Source of the DNA: a candidate division WOR-3 bacterium
GTDB taxonomy: Bacteria > Hydrothermota > Tepidihabitantia > Tepidihabitantales > Tepidihabitantaceae
DNA length: 64,000 nt
Reading direction: 5' to 3'
Assembly (NCBI GenBank): GCA_016867815.1
Contig: VGIR01000004.1
Span: 488 to 64,487 of the forward strand
Shown: in pieces, positions 27,015-36,517 of the stretch
Position numbering within the stretch: position 1 is the stretch's first letter
Layout of the letters: every line of letters begins with the position of its first letter
Position numbers and translations under genes: made by a program
Notes under the pieces: model-generated
The model's input: only the letters and a program-made list of their open reading frames with translations
Told to the model about the DNA's origin: nothing
The model's database searches: none

Positions 27015-27401
27015 TGAGATGGGGACCAGCACGATGGTGGTCCTGATGCTACTGGTTGCCTTCGGCCGGGCCGAGCCCCAACTCACCATGGCCTGTCACC
27101 GCGTCGACCACGCGGCCCCGCGGCTCGACGCGTGTCTCAACCCAAAGGACTTCCGAACGCGCTACGGCCCGTACCTGAAACAGGTAGCCGAACAGGAGTC
27201 ATGCTCGCCGTTCGACGGCTGCACTCGGACTCATGCAGGCGCATGAATGCGAGAACGTAGGGTACCGGACCGACATCCCGGGTCTGCCCTCGAACCCGGA
27301 ATCCGCCAACGTGGACCTCTAACCAGCGGACGACCGTGCCGCGCTGCGGCTGAAACTCAGACCATCTGCCGGCCGCACTCCACCCTCCCCGACAGCGGTG
27401 T

Positions 27402-27430
27402 TTGACACAAACAGTTTCCGCGTCTAGCAT
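27402..27430 (+). promoter_or_regulatory. Putative sigma70-type promoter (TTGACA-N17-TAGCAT) for the YVTN cargo gene.
   Basis: Read from the sequence. AAGGAG SD 5 nt before the ATG at 27532. Confidence 0.4.
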
Positions 27431-27531
27431 AGGCTGAATGAGCCGAACCCGACCGGTTCGTCCGTCGAACGCGGACATGTCGCGCGACGCGGTGCCCTGG
27501 AGTCCCGGTACTTGAACCAGAAGGAGATGAC

Positions 27532-29889
27532 ATGAACCGAACCGCAGTTCTCGCCGTCCTTTGCCTGCTCGTTGCGTACGCCGGCGCCCAGTTCCGGGAA
27601 ACCACTGTGCTGCTGCCCGATACGCTCGGTGGCGTCGGATACCCGGGTGCGATGGTCTACAACAGCGGCGCCAACCGCATCTACGCCGGCGGGACCGCGA
27701 GCGACGCGGTAGCCGTCATCGACGCGGCGACCGGCACGCGTGTCGCCCGGATCTCCACCCCACCCGGCGAGGGAATCTATGCGCTATGCTACAATCCGGC
27801 CAACAACAAGCTCTATGCCTCAACCAGCGTCAGCTCCGCCAAGCTGCTGGTCATCGACGGCGCGACGCACGCAGTGCTGGCAACGGTGCCTGTAGGCGGC
27901 TACGTCAACGCAATTCTAGTCAACCCGGCGACCGACCGAGTCTACTGCGTGAACTCGGGCGTGGACTCGGTTACAGTCATCGACGGAACCACCAACGGCG
28001 TCGTCACGACGGTGAAGGTAGGTGACTATCCGTACGCGCTCTGCGTCAACGCGACCAACAACAAGATCTACGTCGCAGGGAACTCCGACAGCTCAGTCAC
28101 CGTCATCGACGGCGCGACCAACAACGTCGTCGCCACTGTCCGGGTCGGCCGCGGCCCGATCGCGCTCTGCTGGAACTCGGGCGAGAATAAGGCGTACAGC
28201 GCCAACAGCACCGATGGCAGCGTCACCGTCATCGATGGCGCAACCAACAACGTCGTCGCCACTGTGGCGACCGGGACTCTAACCCGCGACGTCTGCTACA
28301 ACCCGACCAACAGCAAGGTATACGCTGCGGCAAATGGCACCAGCAAGCTCGTGGTCATAAACGGAGTGACCAACGCCATCGACACGTTCTTCACGGTCGG
28401 CCAAGCCTACGCGGTCGGATACAATCCAACCAGCAACAAGGCCTATTGCACCTGGCAGTACAGCCGTCGGGTCACCATCATTGACGGCACGGCCGATACC
28501 GTGCTCGGCACGGCCGACGTCGGCTACACGCCGGGGCCGGTCATCCACGCCGCGACGGGCAACCGGGTTTTCGTCTGCAACCGCGACGACAACAACCTGA
28601 GCATCGTGGATGGCGTGTCCGATTCGACCGTCGCGACCGCGTATGTCGGCTTCTACCCGTACGGCGCCTGCTATGATTCGCGGCAGAACCGGCTCTACGT
28701 GCCCAACGCGCATGGGCCGACGGTCGCGGTCGTGGACTGCGCGACGAACACCGTCGACGCCGAGGTGGCGGTCGGTCAGGATGTGAGTTCGGCCTGCTTC
28801 GACAGCGTGGACAACAAGATCTTCTGCGCCGTCTCCGGTTCGCAGCGGGTTGCGGTCATTAACGCGGCGACCGGTGCAGTAGTCGACTCGGTGCCGGTCG
28901 GCGGCAGGCCCTTTGGAATCCTGTACAATCAGGCGTCGGGCAAGGTCTACTGCTCCGACATCTATACCGACTCGCTGTTCGTCATCAACGCGGCGACCAA
29001 CGCGGTTCTGGCGCGAATGAGCCCCGGCAACAACCCTGTTGCACTTTGCCTCAGCACTGCCGGTAACAAGGTCTACGTCGCCACCCGTGACGACGACCAG
29101 GTCAGGGTTATCGATGGCGTCACGAATCTCGTTCTTGACTCGATACCGGTCGGCGACGGCCCCTACTTCCTCTGCTACAACGGCAATGACGACAAGGTGT
29201 ACGTCGCGAACTACGGCGACAGCACCGTATCGGTCATCGATTGCGCGGGCGACTCCGTCGTTGCCACCGTCAAGGTCGGCCGCTGGCCGTTCCGGTTGGC
29301 ATACAACCCCGACCACAACAAGGTCTACGTCGTCACCGGCTCTGGGAGCAGTGTCGCTGTGCTCGACGGCGCCGGCGACAGCATCATCACCAAGGTCAGC
29401 GTCGGCCAGAGTCCGCTAAGCGTCATCTACAGTGAACGCACCGGGCTTGCCTACGTCGGCGTCAGTGCGAGGAACATCGTGCTCATAGACGGTGCCACCA
29501 ACGAAGTGAGGAAGAACGTACCTTCCGGCGTCCGGGTCGAGGTCTTCGCCCTGAACCCGTCCGGCGGGCGGGTCTACGCCATCAGCCCGTACGGCTCGGA
29601 CATCACAGTTGTCGTTGACTCTCTGACCGGCATCGCGGAAGCGATGAGTGATGAACGAGCAACGATGAAAGCCGGTCCCACCATCGTCCGCGGCGTCTTC
29701 CTACTGGATGGGGACTGTCCCCGCACAGGGACCATCCCCAAAGCCGTCCTACTGGATGCATGCGGCCGCAGGGCAATTGATCTCAAGCCCGGCGCGAATG
29801 ACGTGCGTCGCCTCGCGCCCGGGGTATACTTCGTCCGGCGCCTGGCCGGCGACTACCGGGCTACCGAGAAGGTGGTCTTGCAGAAGTAG
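27532..29889 (+). CDS. YVTN-family beta-propeller repeat protein (~16 repeats) with a T9SS C-terminal sorting domain.
   Basis: Canonical 40-aa YVTN repeats (..NKIYVAN.GS.SVSVID..TN.VVATV.VG..P.GIA). Signal peptide. C-terminus GVYFVRRLAGDYRATEKVVLQK. Confidence 0.85.
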   Translation: MNRTAVLAVLCLLVAYAGAQFRETTVLLPDTLGGVGYPGAMVYNSGANRIYAGGTASDAVAVIDAATGTRVARISTPPGEGIYALCYNPANNKLYASTSVSSAKLLVIDGATHAVLATVPVGGYVNAILVNPATDRVYCVNSGVDSVTVIDGTTNGVVTTVKVGDYPYALCVNATNNKIYVAGNSDSSVTVIDGATNNVVATVRVGRGPIALCWNSGENKAYSANSTDGSVTVIDGATNNVVATVATGTLTRDVCYNPTNSKVYAAANGTSKLVVINGVTNAIDTFFTVGQAYAVGYNPTSNKAYCTWQYSRRVTIIDGTADTVLGTADVGYTPGPVIHAATGNRVFVCNRDDNNLSIVDGVSDSTVATAYVGFYPYGACYDSRQNRLYVPNAHGPTVAVVDCATNTVDAEVAVGQDVSSACFDSVDNKIFCAVSGSQRVAVINAATGAVVDSVPVGGRPFGILYNQASGKVYCSDIYTDSLFVINAATNAVLARMSPGNNPVALCLSTAGNKVYVATRDDDQVRVIDGVTNLVLDSIPVGDGPYFLCYNGNDDKVYVANYGDSTVSVIDCAGDSVVATVKVGRWPFRLAYNPDHNKVYVVTGSGSSVAVLDGAGDSIITKVSVGQSPLSVIYSERTGLAYVGVSARNIVLIDGATNEVRKNVPSGVRVEVFALNPSGGRVYAISPYGSDITVVVDSLTGIAEAMSDERATMKAGPTIVRGVFLLDGDCPRTGTIPKAVLLDACGRRAIDLKPGANDVRRLAPGVYFVRRLAGDYRATEKVVLQK

Positions 29890-29918
29890 ACGGCAGACAG
29901 TAGACAGCATACAGGGCA

Positions 29919-29940
29919 GGGGCGGGCGAAAGCCCGCCCC
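29919..29940 (+). terminator. GC-rich GNRA-tetraloop hairpin (GGGGCGGGC GAAA GCCCGCCCC) after the YVTN gene. A conserved terminator-like element.
   Basis: Perfect 9-bp stem. The flanking GACAGCA..CAGGG context is shared with the hairpin at 16372. Confidence 0.45.
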
Positions 29941-30005
29941 TGCGTCCTTCGATCTACTCGCCGTGACGATGTCCTAGGCTCGCTGCCGAGCGCGATTCTA
30001 CGACG

Positions 30006-30236
30006 CTGTAGAATAGCGCGGCAGCGGGCTTTCGGGCCTATGTGTTTGAGGCTCGAGGCCTTAGGCTTGAAGCTGACGAAATGACCCCTGTACCTGAGGG
30101 AATACCCCCTGCATCGTTCACATCGTTGTATCGTACATCGTTCCTCAGACAGTCGCAAACGTAGTCCCGGAAAGTCCTTCGTCCCTGGTCTCCAGAGCAG
30201 TCTGACCGGGAGTTCGAGGGCTTGCGTGCCGAACAG
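30006..30236 (+). ncRNA. Conserved noncoding element, copy 2 (homologous to 13509-13760).
   Basis: See copy 1. Sits in a 1.06-kb ORF-free gap and is followed by a perfect 9-10-bp hairpin at ~30276-30305. Confidence 0.3.
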
Positions 30237-30432
30237 CAGGGGATGCAGTTTGCCGGTCTGCAGTCCGGGTTCCTCTCCACTGAGTCCGGGCGTTTGCGGC
30301 CCGGACTGCCGCTGAGACAGCAGTCCAGATTGCGTGCGGGTCAGTCTCCAGACTTGCCTGCCGGGCTATGCGCGGAGGCAATGCAAACTGCAGAATGCAG
30401 ACATCAAAGTGCAGAATGGCGGACCCGAGGAT

Positions 30433-30455
30433 CACCACCAAGGCACCAAGGCACT
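30433..30455. repeat. Partial element E8 (CACCACCAAG GCACCAAG GCAC) in the 1-kb intergenic gap, followed by a 9-bp tandem repeat (GAATGACGA x3, ~30465-30500).
   Basis: Read from the sequence. Confidence 0.4.
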
Positions 30456-30794
30456 ACGATGGAGGAATGACGAAGTCCGAATGACGAATGACGATTGAAA
30501 CTCGAAGCCCGAGGGATGAAACCGCCGATGCACGCCGATGGACGCAAATAGGCGGACCTGGGTAGTTCAGAATCTAGAAACCAGAGGCAACGCGGCCAAA
30601 GGCCGCGAGTTTCCAAGCGAGCCTCTCAAGCAGCTCTTGACCGAGCTTTCGCACGTGCTGCCGAGGGATCTTCCCTTCGACCTTTTGGCACAGCTTTGAG
30701 CTGCGATTCCCCAGTTCCCATTTGGCAGTTTGCGGTGGAGGAGCGGACCCAAGGCTGAGTAGTCTGCGGGTTCCGTGGATAGCAGGCCGCGGGG

Positions 30795-30822
30795 TTGACA
30801 TCCTCGGTCACTGGACTAGAAT
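30795..30822 (+). promoter_or_regulatory. Putative sigma70-type promoter (TTGACA-N16-TAGAAT) for the TPR gene.
   Basis: Read from the sequence. GGAGGAG SD before the ATG at 30950. Confidence 0.4.
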
Positions 30823-30949
30823 CTCATTCTGAGCAGACCGTCTTGCGTGTAGACGGATACCCCTGGCGAGCGGCCGCGGTCCATGCGTGTGGCCGGGAAA
30901 TGCCGCACCCCGGGGTGGCATCAAGTCGAGAGTAGAGGAGACATCGTAG

Positions 30950-31864
30950 ATGAGCAGCAAATCCGACCGTTGGCATCGCAGGCCTGCAAAGCCTGACGCT
31001 GCCGAGGACCGCGGTCCGGGCGTGACGCCGCAGACAGCAGCGCACGGCGGGCAGCCATCCGCCGACACGCCGGTGCAGGAAGCAGAGGAGTGGTGCATGA
31101 AGGCGGTTGCCCTGCACCGGGAAGGCCGACTCGAGGACGCAATCCCTCTTTTCGATAAAGCGCTGGAGCTGAATCCCCGTGAAGCCCGAGGCTGGGCGGG
31201 CAAAGGTCTCTGTCTTGATGCGCTGGGCCGAGACGAAGAGGCGCTCGCCTGCTACAGCGAGGCACTCGCAGACGCCCCACGGGACGCCGAGGTCTGGTGG
31301 CTCAAGGGTGATGCCCTTGAAAGGCAGGGCCGGCACGAGGAGGCGCTGCGACACCTGGACAAGGCACTCGAGCTCGATCCCTGCCTGGCAAACGCGTGGA
31401 TCGACGAAGGACTGGCCCGCAAGGCTCTCGGCCGGTGCGATGAAGCGGTTCGCTGCTATGACCAGGCGCTGAAGCTGGACAGGCGCAGCCCGGAAGCCTG
31501 GTACAACAGAGGGAACGCCCTCTGTGCCCTGGGACGGTTTGAGGAGGGACTCCGCTGCTTCAGCGAGTCGCTGGTGCTCAACCCGCACGACGCGAGCGCC
31601 TGGAGCAACAAAGGCGTCTGCCTTGCCGGCCTGGGCCGCCACGAGGAAGCGGTCGCCTGCTTCGAAAAGGCCCTGCAGATCGACCCCTTGTACCCGGTGG
31701 CTTGGCGGGCAAAGGCAGTGGCACTGGAACGGCTTGGCCGGATAGCGGAAGCGGTCGAGGCGTACAAGCAGTTCATCACGCTTGCATCTGCCGACGATGC
31801 CGCGTCGGTCGAGGGCGTAGAGAAGCACGTTCGCGAGTTGGAGAGCGCATCGGCCGCATCGTAG
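30950..31864 (+). CDS. TPR-repeat protein (about 7 TPR units).
   Basis: Repeated W.AKG.AL..LGR.EEA..CYD.AL.LDP consensus. The long minus-strand ORF 30824-31828 is its antisense shadow. Confidence 0.75.
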   Translation: MSSKSDRWHRRPAKPDAAEDRGPGVTPQTAAHGGQPSADTPVQEAEEWCMKAVALHREGRLEDAIPLFDKALELNPREARGWAGKGLCLDALGRDEEALACYSEALADAPRDAEVWWLKGDALERQGRHEEALRHLDKALELDPCLANAWIDEGLARKALGRCDEAVRCYDQALKLDRRSPEAWYNRGNALCALGRFEEGLRCFSESLVLNPHDASAWSNKGVCLAGLGRHEEAVACFEKALQIDPLYPVAWRAKAVALERLGRIAEAVEAYKQFITLASADDAASVEGVEKHVRELESASAAS

Positions 31865-32122
31865 AGACGCGTCCCGGCGCGTTGACGGGCGACCGGGAAG
31901 GATGAGACGGGTCCAAGCCCTGGCAGAGAGGAGCCCGGGTTTCGAGGCGGGGGCGGGGACGGGGCTTCTCTCCAGCTTGACAGCAGGTTAATCCCGGCCA
32001 TCCTTGTATCGGGAATGATGACCTTCATCCGTGATGTGAGTTCTGCGTGGCGTCCCTGCGCGTGTCCGCAGGTTACCTCGAACATCGCTGAGTCGGCAGG
32101 GCGTCGAGCCGGAGAGTTCTAG

Positions 32123-33136
32123 TTGCCTGGCGAGTCCGGACCGACAAACCGGCCGTCCAGGAACTGGGACAAGGCAGCGGCGTTCGCGGCCGTGGCCGCC
32201 CTTTCGCCGATTGTCCTGCTGGTCCTGGAGCGCGGCATCCTGGCCAGGGCGCGCGCACTCCTCTCCGACACCAATGCCGCCGCAATCAGGCCGCCGGTGT
32301 CCTGGTTCGTGGTCCATGTCGATGTTGTCGCCTGGGCATGGGTGATCTTCTTCGTGGTACTGGCGTTCGTCTTTCTCCGCGATACGGGGTCGGAGGAAGA
32401 GGCGTTGGCCGTGTCGGAGGCATTCGACGACTACCCCGAGACGGAACCCCGGCCGGAGGTGGCGACGGCGGGTCCCCGCATTGCAGCACCACGGGCAGCA
32501 GCGGAGCCGTCGGCAGGGAGTCGCGACTCCGTGCCGGTGGTGCCGAACATGCCGCAGGCCCTGGCCTGGTTGAAGAAGGGTAACGAGTTGTACGCCTTGG
32601 GTCACGTCGAGCAGGCGATTGCCAATTTCGACAGTGCCATCAGGCTCAATCCGCGCCTCGCCGGTGCCTGGGCCGGCAAGGGGCTGGCCAGCAATGCCCT
32701 GGGTCAGTACCAGGAAGCGATCCGCTGCTATGATGAGTCGCTCCGACTCGATCCGCGGGATCCGGCAGTCTGGCACGACAAGGGTAACACGCTCTGCGCC
32801 ATCGGGCGGCTGGAGGGAGCACTCAACTGCTTCAACGAGACGCTGGTACTCGACCCGCGCGACGCGAGGGCGTGGAACAACAAGGGCATCTGTCTTGCCA
32901 GTCTGGGCCGCCCCGAGGAAGCGCTTCCCTGTTGCAGCAAGGCCACCGAGCTGGATCCTTCTTTCGCCGTGGCGTGGCACGCCAGGGCGGTCATAGAGGA
33001 ACGCCTGGGCCTGCTGCCGCAGGCAATCGCGACCTACAAGCGGTTCGTCACCCTCGCCCCGGAAGGCGAAGCAGTGGTCGAGAGAGTCCGGCGGCATGTG
33101 AGCGCGCTCGAAGCCGCTCCCAAGACAGAGGCCTGA
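32123..33136 (+). CDS. TPR-repeat protein with an N-terminal hydrophobic/TM region (paralog of 30950-31864).
   Basis: The same TPR consensus as the previous gene. N-terminal start uncertain. The antisense ORF 31988-33097 is rejected. Confidence 0.65.
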   Translation: MPGESGPTNRPSRNWDKAAAFAAVAALSPIVLLVLERGILARARALLSDTNAAAIRPPVSWFVVHVDVVAWAWVIFFVVLAFVFLRDTGSEEEALAVSEAFDDYPETEPRPEVATAGPRIAAPRAAAEPSAGSRDSVPVVPNMPQALAWLKKGNELYALGHVEQAIANFDSAIRLNPRLAGAWAGKGLASNALGQYQEAIRCYDESLRLDPRDPAVWHDKGNTLCAIGRLEGALNCFNETLVLDPRDARAWNNKGICLASLGRPEEALPCCSKATELDPSFAVAWHARAVIEERLGLLPQAIATYKRFVTLAPEGEAVVERVRRHVSALEAAPKTEA

Positions 33137-33492
33137 GCCGGTCGCCTGACCGGAGTTCCTTCAGTTCCCCGGATCACTGCCGCAATGCAGGCCAGACGAA
33201 TGCCGGCAGTGCGGCAACTCGCGGACGAGGCGGAGAAAGAAAAGCCGGAGTGGCGATGCCACCCCGGCGTCGGTTCGAAAGGCGTCGCTACCTGAGCAGC
33301 ACCAGTGGTTCGGTGACCACCTGGTTGCCGGCCGCTACCGTGCAGAGATAGAGACCGTTCCGGTTGCCGCGCAGGTCCAGCCGGGCGTTGTTTCCGGTCG
33401 TCGTCCGGCGGGCGCCGGCCCGCAGCTTGACCGGCGGGCGCGCCGCCGACATAATCTCTGGAGTGAATTCCATACCGAGAGGAGATTGAAGA

Positions 33493-34143
33493 ATGCTGAG
33501 GCAATTCGCGCTACTGCTGGGCGCCGCGCTGACACTGGCGGCGGCGCAGCCGGTGATACCGTACGATTCGCTGTTGGTAGACCGGGTAGGAATTGACGGC
33601 GTTATCGACAACGAGGAAGGGCCGGAGTACCCCGCTACCTACAAGGACAAGGCGTCGGGCATCACGGTTCACTGGGGATTCGACGACAGCCTGATCTACG
33701 TCGGGCTGGAGACCAAGAGCCGCGGCTGGCTGGCAATCGGGTTCGGTTCGGCCAGGATGGACAAGTCGAACATGATGATCGGCTACTTCACCGAGGATTC
33801 GACCGAGGTTATGAACCAGGTCGGGGCAAACTACGCCCACAACCGCTCAGCGCAGTCGGACAGCGCCATCCGCGAGGCCGAGATCGACCGTGACGAGGAG
33901 ACCGGCGTCACGGCCATGGAATTCTCCTACCCGCTGCGGTTTCCCGCCGGTGAGGCGCTGGCGGTTCCGGGCTTGGAGCCAGGCGGGGCGTACGACGTTA
34001 TCCTCGCCCAGAACACCAAGAGCATTTCGCTCCGCGCGAAGCATACCAACTACAGCACGCTGAAGGTGAAGTTGGCCGCCGGACCGCCTCCGCCACCGCC
34101 AACCCAGACGCAGGAACAGCCGGAGCCGGGGCCGCAGAAGTAG
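33493..34143 (+). CDS. Secreted DOMON-like domain protein with a Pro-rich C-terminal tail.
   Basis: Signal peptide. HWGFDDSLIYVGLE...GWLAIGFG...MIGY pattern resembles DOMON domains. GAGGAG SD. Confidence 0.5.
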   Translation: MLRQFALLLGAALTLAAAQPVIPYDSLLVDRVGIDGVIDNEEGPEYPATYKDKASGITVHWGFDDSLIYVGLETKSRGWLAIGFGSARMDKSNMMIGYFTEDSTEVMNQVGANYAHNRSAQSDSAIREAEIDRDEETGVTAMEFSYPLRFPAGEALAVPGLEPGGAYDVILAQNTKSISLRAKHTNYSTLKVKLAAGPPPPPPTQTQEQPEPGPQK

Positions 34144-34261
34144 GGCCTGCATTCGGGCGGAACCGGGCCGGGCAGAAGCGCGGATGCGGAAGGCGTCACC
34201 GGCGCTACGTTGTCTCCGCTACCTTGACTTTCCTGAGGGAGGAGCTATTGTTTCCCTCGCC

Positions 34262-35584
34262 ATGAGAAATCTCTTCGCAGCTATTCTGGCCGCCTTGGCG
34301 CTGACGGCCTGCGCCGGCGCTCCGGGCCGGCAGGTCGTGGCCGTGGTCAACGGCGAGAAGATCGCCGCCGCCGACGTCGAGGCGATGCTCCCCCAGAACC
34401 TTGACTCGGTGCGGGCCGACACGGTCAGGAAACAGGTCCTCGACAACATCATCACCCGGAAGCTGTTCGCCCAGGAGGCGAAGCGCGCGGGCATGGATAA
34501 GGATGCCGAGTACCAGGTAGAGCTGGAGCAGAAAGCGCTGGTGAACCAGCGGCTGTACGACACGATTACGGCTGCCGGCAACCGGTTGACCGAGGCCGAG
34601 CTGCAGGCGGCCTACAAGCTGCTGCAGGTCGAGGCGCACCTGAGAATGATCTCGGTCCCCGACGAGAGCGTGGCCCGCCGTCTGGCGGCCGAGCTGAACC
34701 AGGGAGCGGTCTTCGAATCGCTCGCCGTGAAGTACTCGAAACACCCCAGTGCGGTCAAGGGCGGGGACGCCGGTTTCGCTCCACTCCTCTACATCGACGA
34801 ACCGCTGCGGACCAGGGTGACGGTTCTGAAGCCGGGCCAGCGCACCGAGCCGACGCCGGTGTCGGGCGTGTGGCAGATTGCGGAGCTGCTGGAGACGAGG
34901 CCGGCAGACCCGGGCCCGCCGCCGCTCAGCCAGTACCGGCCGGAGTTCGAGCGGCGAGTGAAGCAGTTGCAGCGGCGGGAACTTGCGAACCGGTACATGG
35001 CCGACCTGCGGCAGCGCATCACTTACAACCCGGAAGGCCTCGATATCCTGTGCAAACCGATTGACGAGATGACCGAGGCCGACAAGGACGTGGCCGTTGC
35101 CTACAAAGACAAATCGAAGTACGTGAAGGTGACGAGACTGCTCCCCGTCGCGGCCCGGTTCACGCCGATGCTCGACTCGGCGACAAAGAAGTACGCGGTG
35201 CGCCGCTACATTGAAGAGGACCTGATGTACGAGGACGCGCTGCGCATGGGGCTGCAGAAGGCCCCGGAAATCGTGCGGCAGCTGGCGGTCAAGCGCGAGG
35301 ATGTGTTGTACAAGGCGCTGTTCAAGGCGGAGATCTCCGACAAGCTGAACGTATCCGATGCGGACGTGATGGACTATTTCCAGCAGAACCGCGAGAATCT
35401 AACGACCCCGGACACGAACCAGGTCGCGAACATGATTCGCAGCCGACTGCTGACCGAGCGCCGCGACGCCCGGATGCAGGAGTACGTGGCCGAGTTGAAG
35501 GCAAAGGCGAAGATAACGATCAACCAGGCGGCGCTCGCCGCCGTGAAGAAGCAAGCGACAGCAAGGGTCAATCCCAGGCAATAA
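34262..35584 (+). CDS. SurA-N-domain/parvulin-type peptidyl-prolyl isomerase lipoprotein.
   Basis: Lipoprotein signal MRNLFAAILAALALTAC. SurA N-terminal chaperone-like region and a PpiC-type domain. Confidence 0.65.
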   Translation: MRNLFAAILAALALTACAGAPGRQVVAVVNGEKIAAADVEAMLPQNLDSVRADTVRKQVLDNIITRKLFAQEAKRAGMDKDAEYQVELEQKALVNQRLYDTITAAGNRLTEAELQAAYKLLQVEAHLRMISVPDESVARRLAAELNQGAVFESLAVKYSKHPSAVKGGDAGFAPLLYIDEPLRTRVTVLKPGQRTEPTPVSGVWQIAELLETRPADPGPPPLSQYRPEFERRVKQLQRRELANRYMADLRQRITYNPEGLDILCKPIDEMTEADKDVAVAYKDKSKYVKVTRLLPVAARFTPMLDSATKKYAVRRYIEEDLMYEDALRMGLQKAPEIVRQLAVKREDVLYKALFKAEISDKLNVSDADVMDYFQQNRENLTTPDTNQVANMIRSRLLTERRDARMQEYVAELKAKAKITINQAALAAVKKQATARVNPRQ

Positions 35585-35593
35585 GGAGCGGCG

Positions 35594-36496
35594 ATGATAA
35601 ACCGATATCTACTGGTTCCGGCGGCGGTGCTGGCGGCAGCAGTTTTCCTGTCCGGCTGCGGCAACAGCAGTACTCAGAAGAGCGCGCCGGCCCTGACCGG
35701 GCCGGTGCTTGCCAGCGTGAACGGCGACAAGCTGACCGTGCCCGAGCTCGATTCGCTCTCACCCGAGGGGTTCGATGTCACCCGCGAGAACCTGCCCAAG
35801 ATTCTCGACAAGTGGGTCTCGAATACGCTGATGTACCAGGAGGCCGTGCGCCGCGGGGTAGAGAAGGAACCGCAGATACAGGCCCGCCTCAAGCGGCTCG
35901 AGCGCGACTACCTGGTCAACGAGCTCTTGGACCGGTTGACCGCCCCCGAACGTATTCAGCTGGGCCACGTAACGCAAAATGGAGTGGAGTTGGACAACAT
36001 CGGAAGCCAGGTCTTGGATTACTACAGAAAGCATAAGGAAGAGTTCAGTTACGAGGTGAAGATAACCCGCATCGTGCTGGCCGACAGCCTGATGGCCGTT
36101 CAGACGCTCGCGGAACTCCGGGCCGGGGCTGACTTCGCCAAGCTGGCCAAGGAATGGTCGCAGGACGTGGCACTCGAGGCCGGCCAGGAGTCGCGCTATT
36201 TCGCCCGGAACGTCGGCGACCCGCGGATGGGCGGCGACCCGGCCGTGGCCGAGGCCATCTTCGCGCTTTCGCCCGGACAGATCTCGGACGTCGTCCCGAG
36301 CCAGGAAGGCTACCAGATCATTAAGCTCGTGGATAAGAAGAAGGTGAAGGCGGACGTGACCTTCGCCGAGGCGAAGCCCGACATCGAGGCGATTCTCTTG
36401 TATCGTCGGAGCCAGGCGATTGTAGACAGCGTGCTCAGTGCCCTGCGCGCGACCGCGAAGATTGAGCTGAAGCCGGACGCGTATTTCGAGAAGTAG
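35594..36496 (+). CDS. PpiC/parvulin-type peptidyl-prolyl isomerase lipoprotein (PrsA/SurA-like).
   Basis: Lipobox LSGC. Parvulin domain (..FAKLAKEWSQD...GYQIIKL). Confidence 0.7.
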   Translation: MINRYLLVPAAVLAAAVFLSGCGNSSTQKSAPALTGPVLASVNGDKLTVPELDSLSPEGFDVTRENLPKILDKWVSNTLMYQEAVRRGVEKEPQIQARLKRLERDYLVNELLDRLTAPERIQLGHVTQNGVELDNIGSQVLDYYRKHKEEFSYEVKITRIVLADSLMAVQTLAELRAGADFAKLAKEWSQDVALEAGQESRYFARNVGDPRMGGDPAVAEAIFALSPGQISDVVPSQEGYQIIKLVDKKKVKADVTFAEAKPDIEAILLYRRSQAIVDSVLSALRATAKIELKPDAYFEK

Positions 36497-36517
36497 GGAG
36501 AAGTCGGGGTACAGAAA

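Noticed and set aside
27019-27246. 75-aa ORF with a hydrophobic N-terminus between the membrane-protein gene and the YVTN gene.
   Set aside because: No RBS. It overlaps the predicted promoter region of the YVTN gene and has composition typical of random GC-rich ORFs. Kept out of the feature list.
30824-33097. Long minus-strand ORFs 30824-31828 (334 aa) and 31988-33097 (369 aa) overlapping the TPR genes.
   Set aside because: They are antisense shadows of the plus-strand TPR genes, whose translation shows clear TPR consensus. The minus-strand translations have no recognisable features and a low-complexity Arg/Pro bias.
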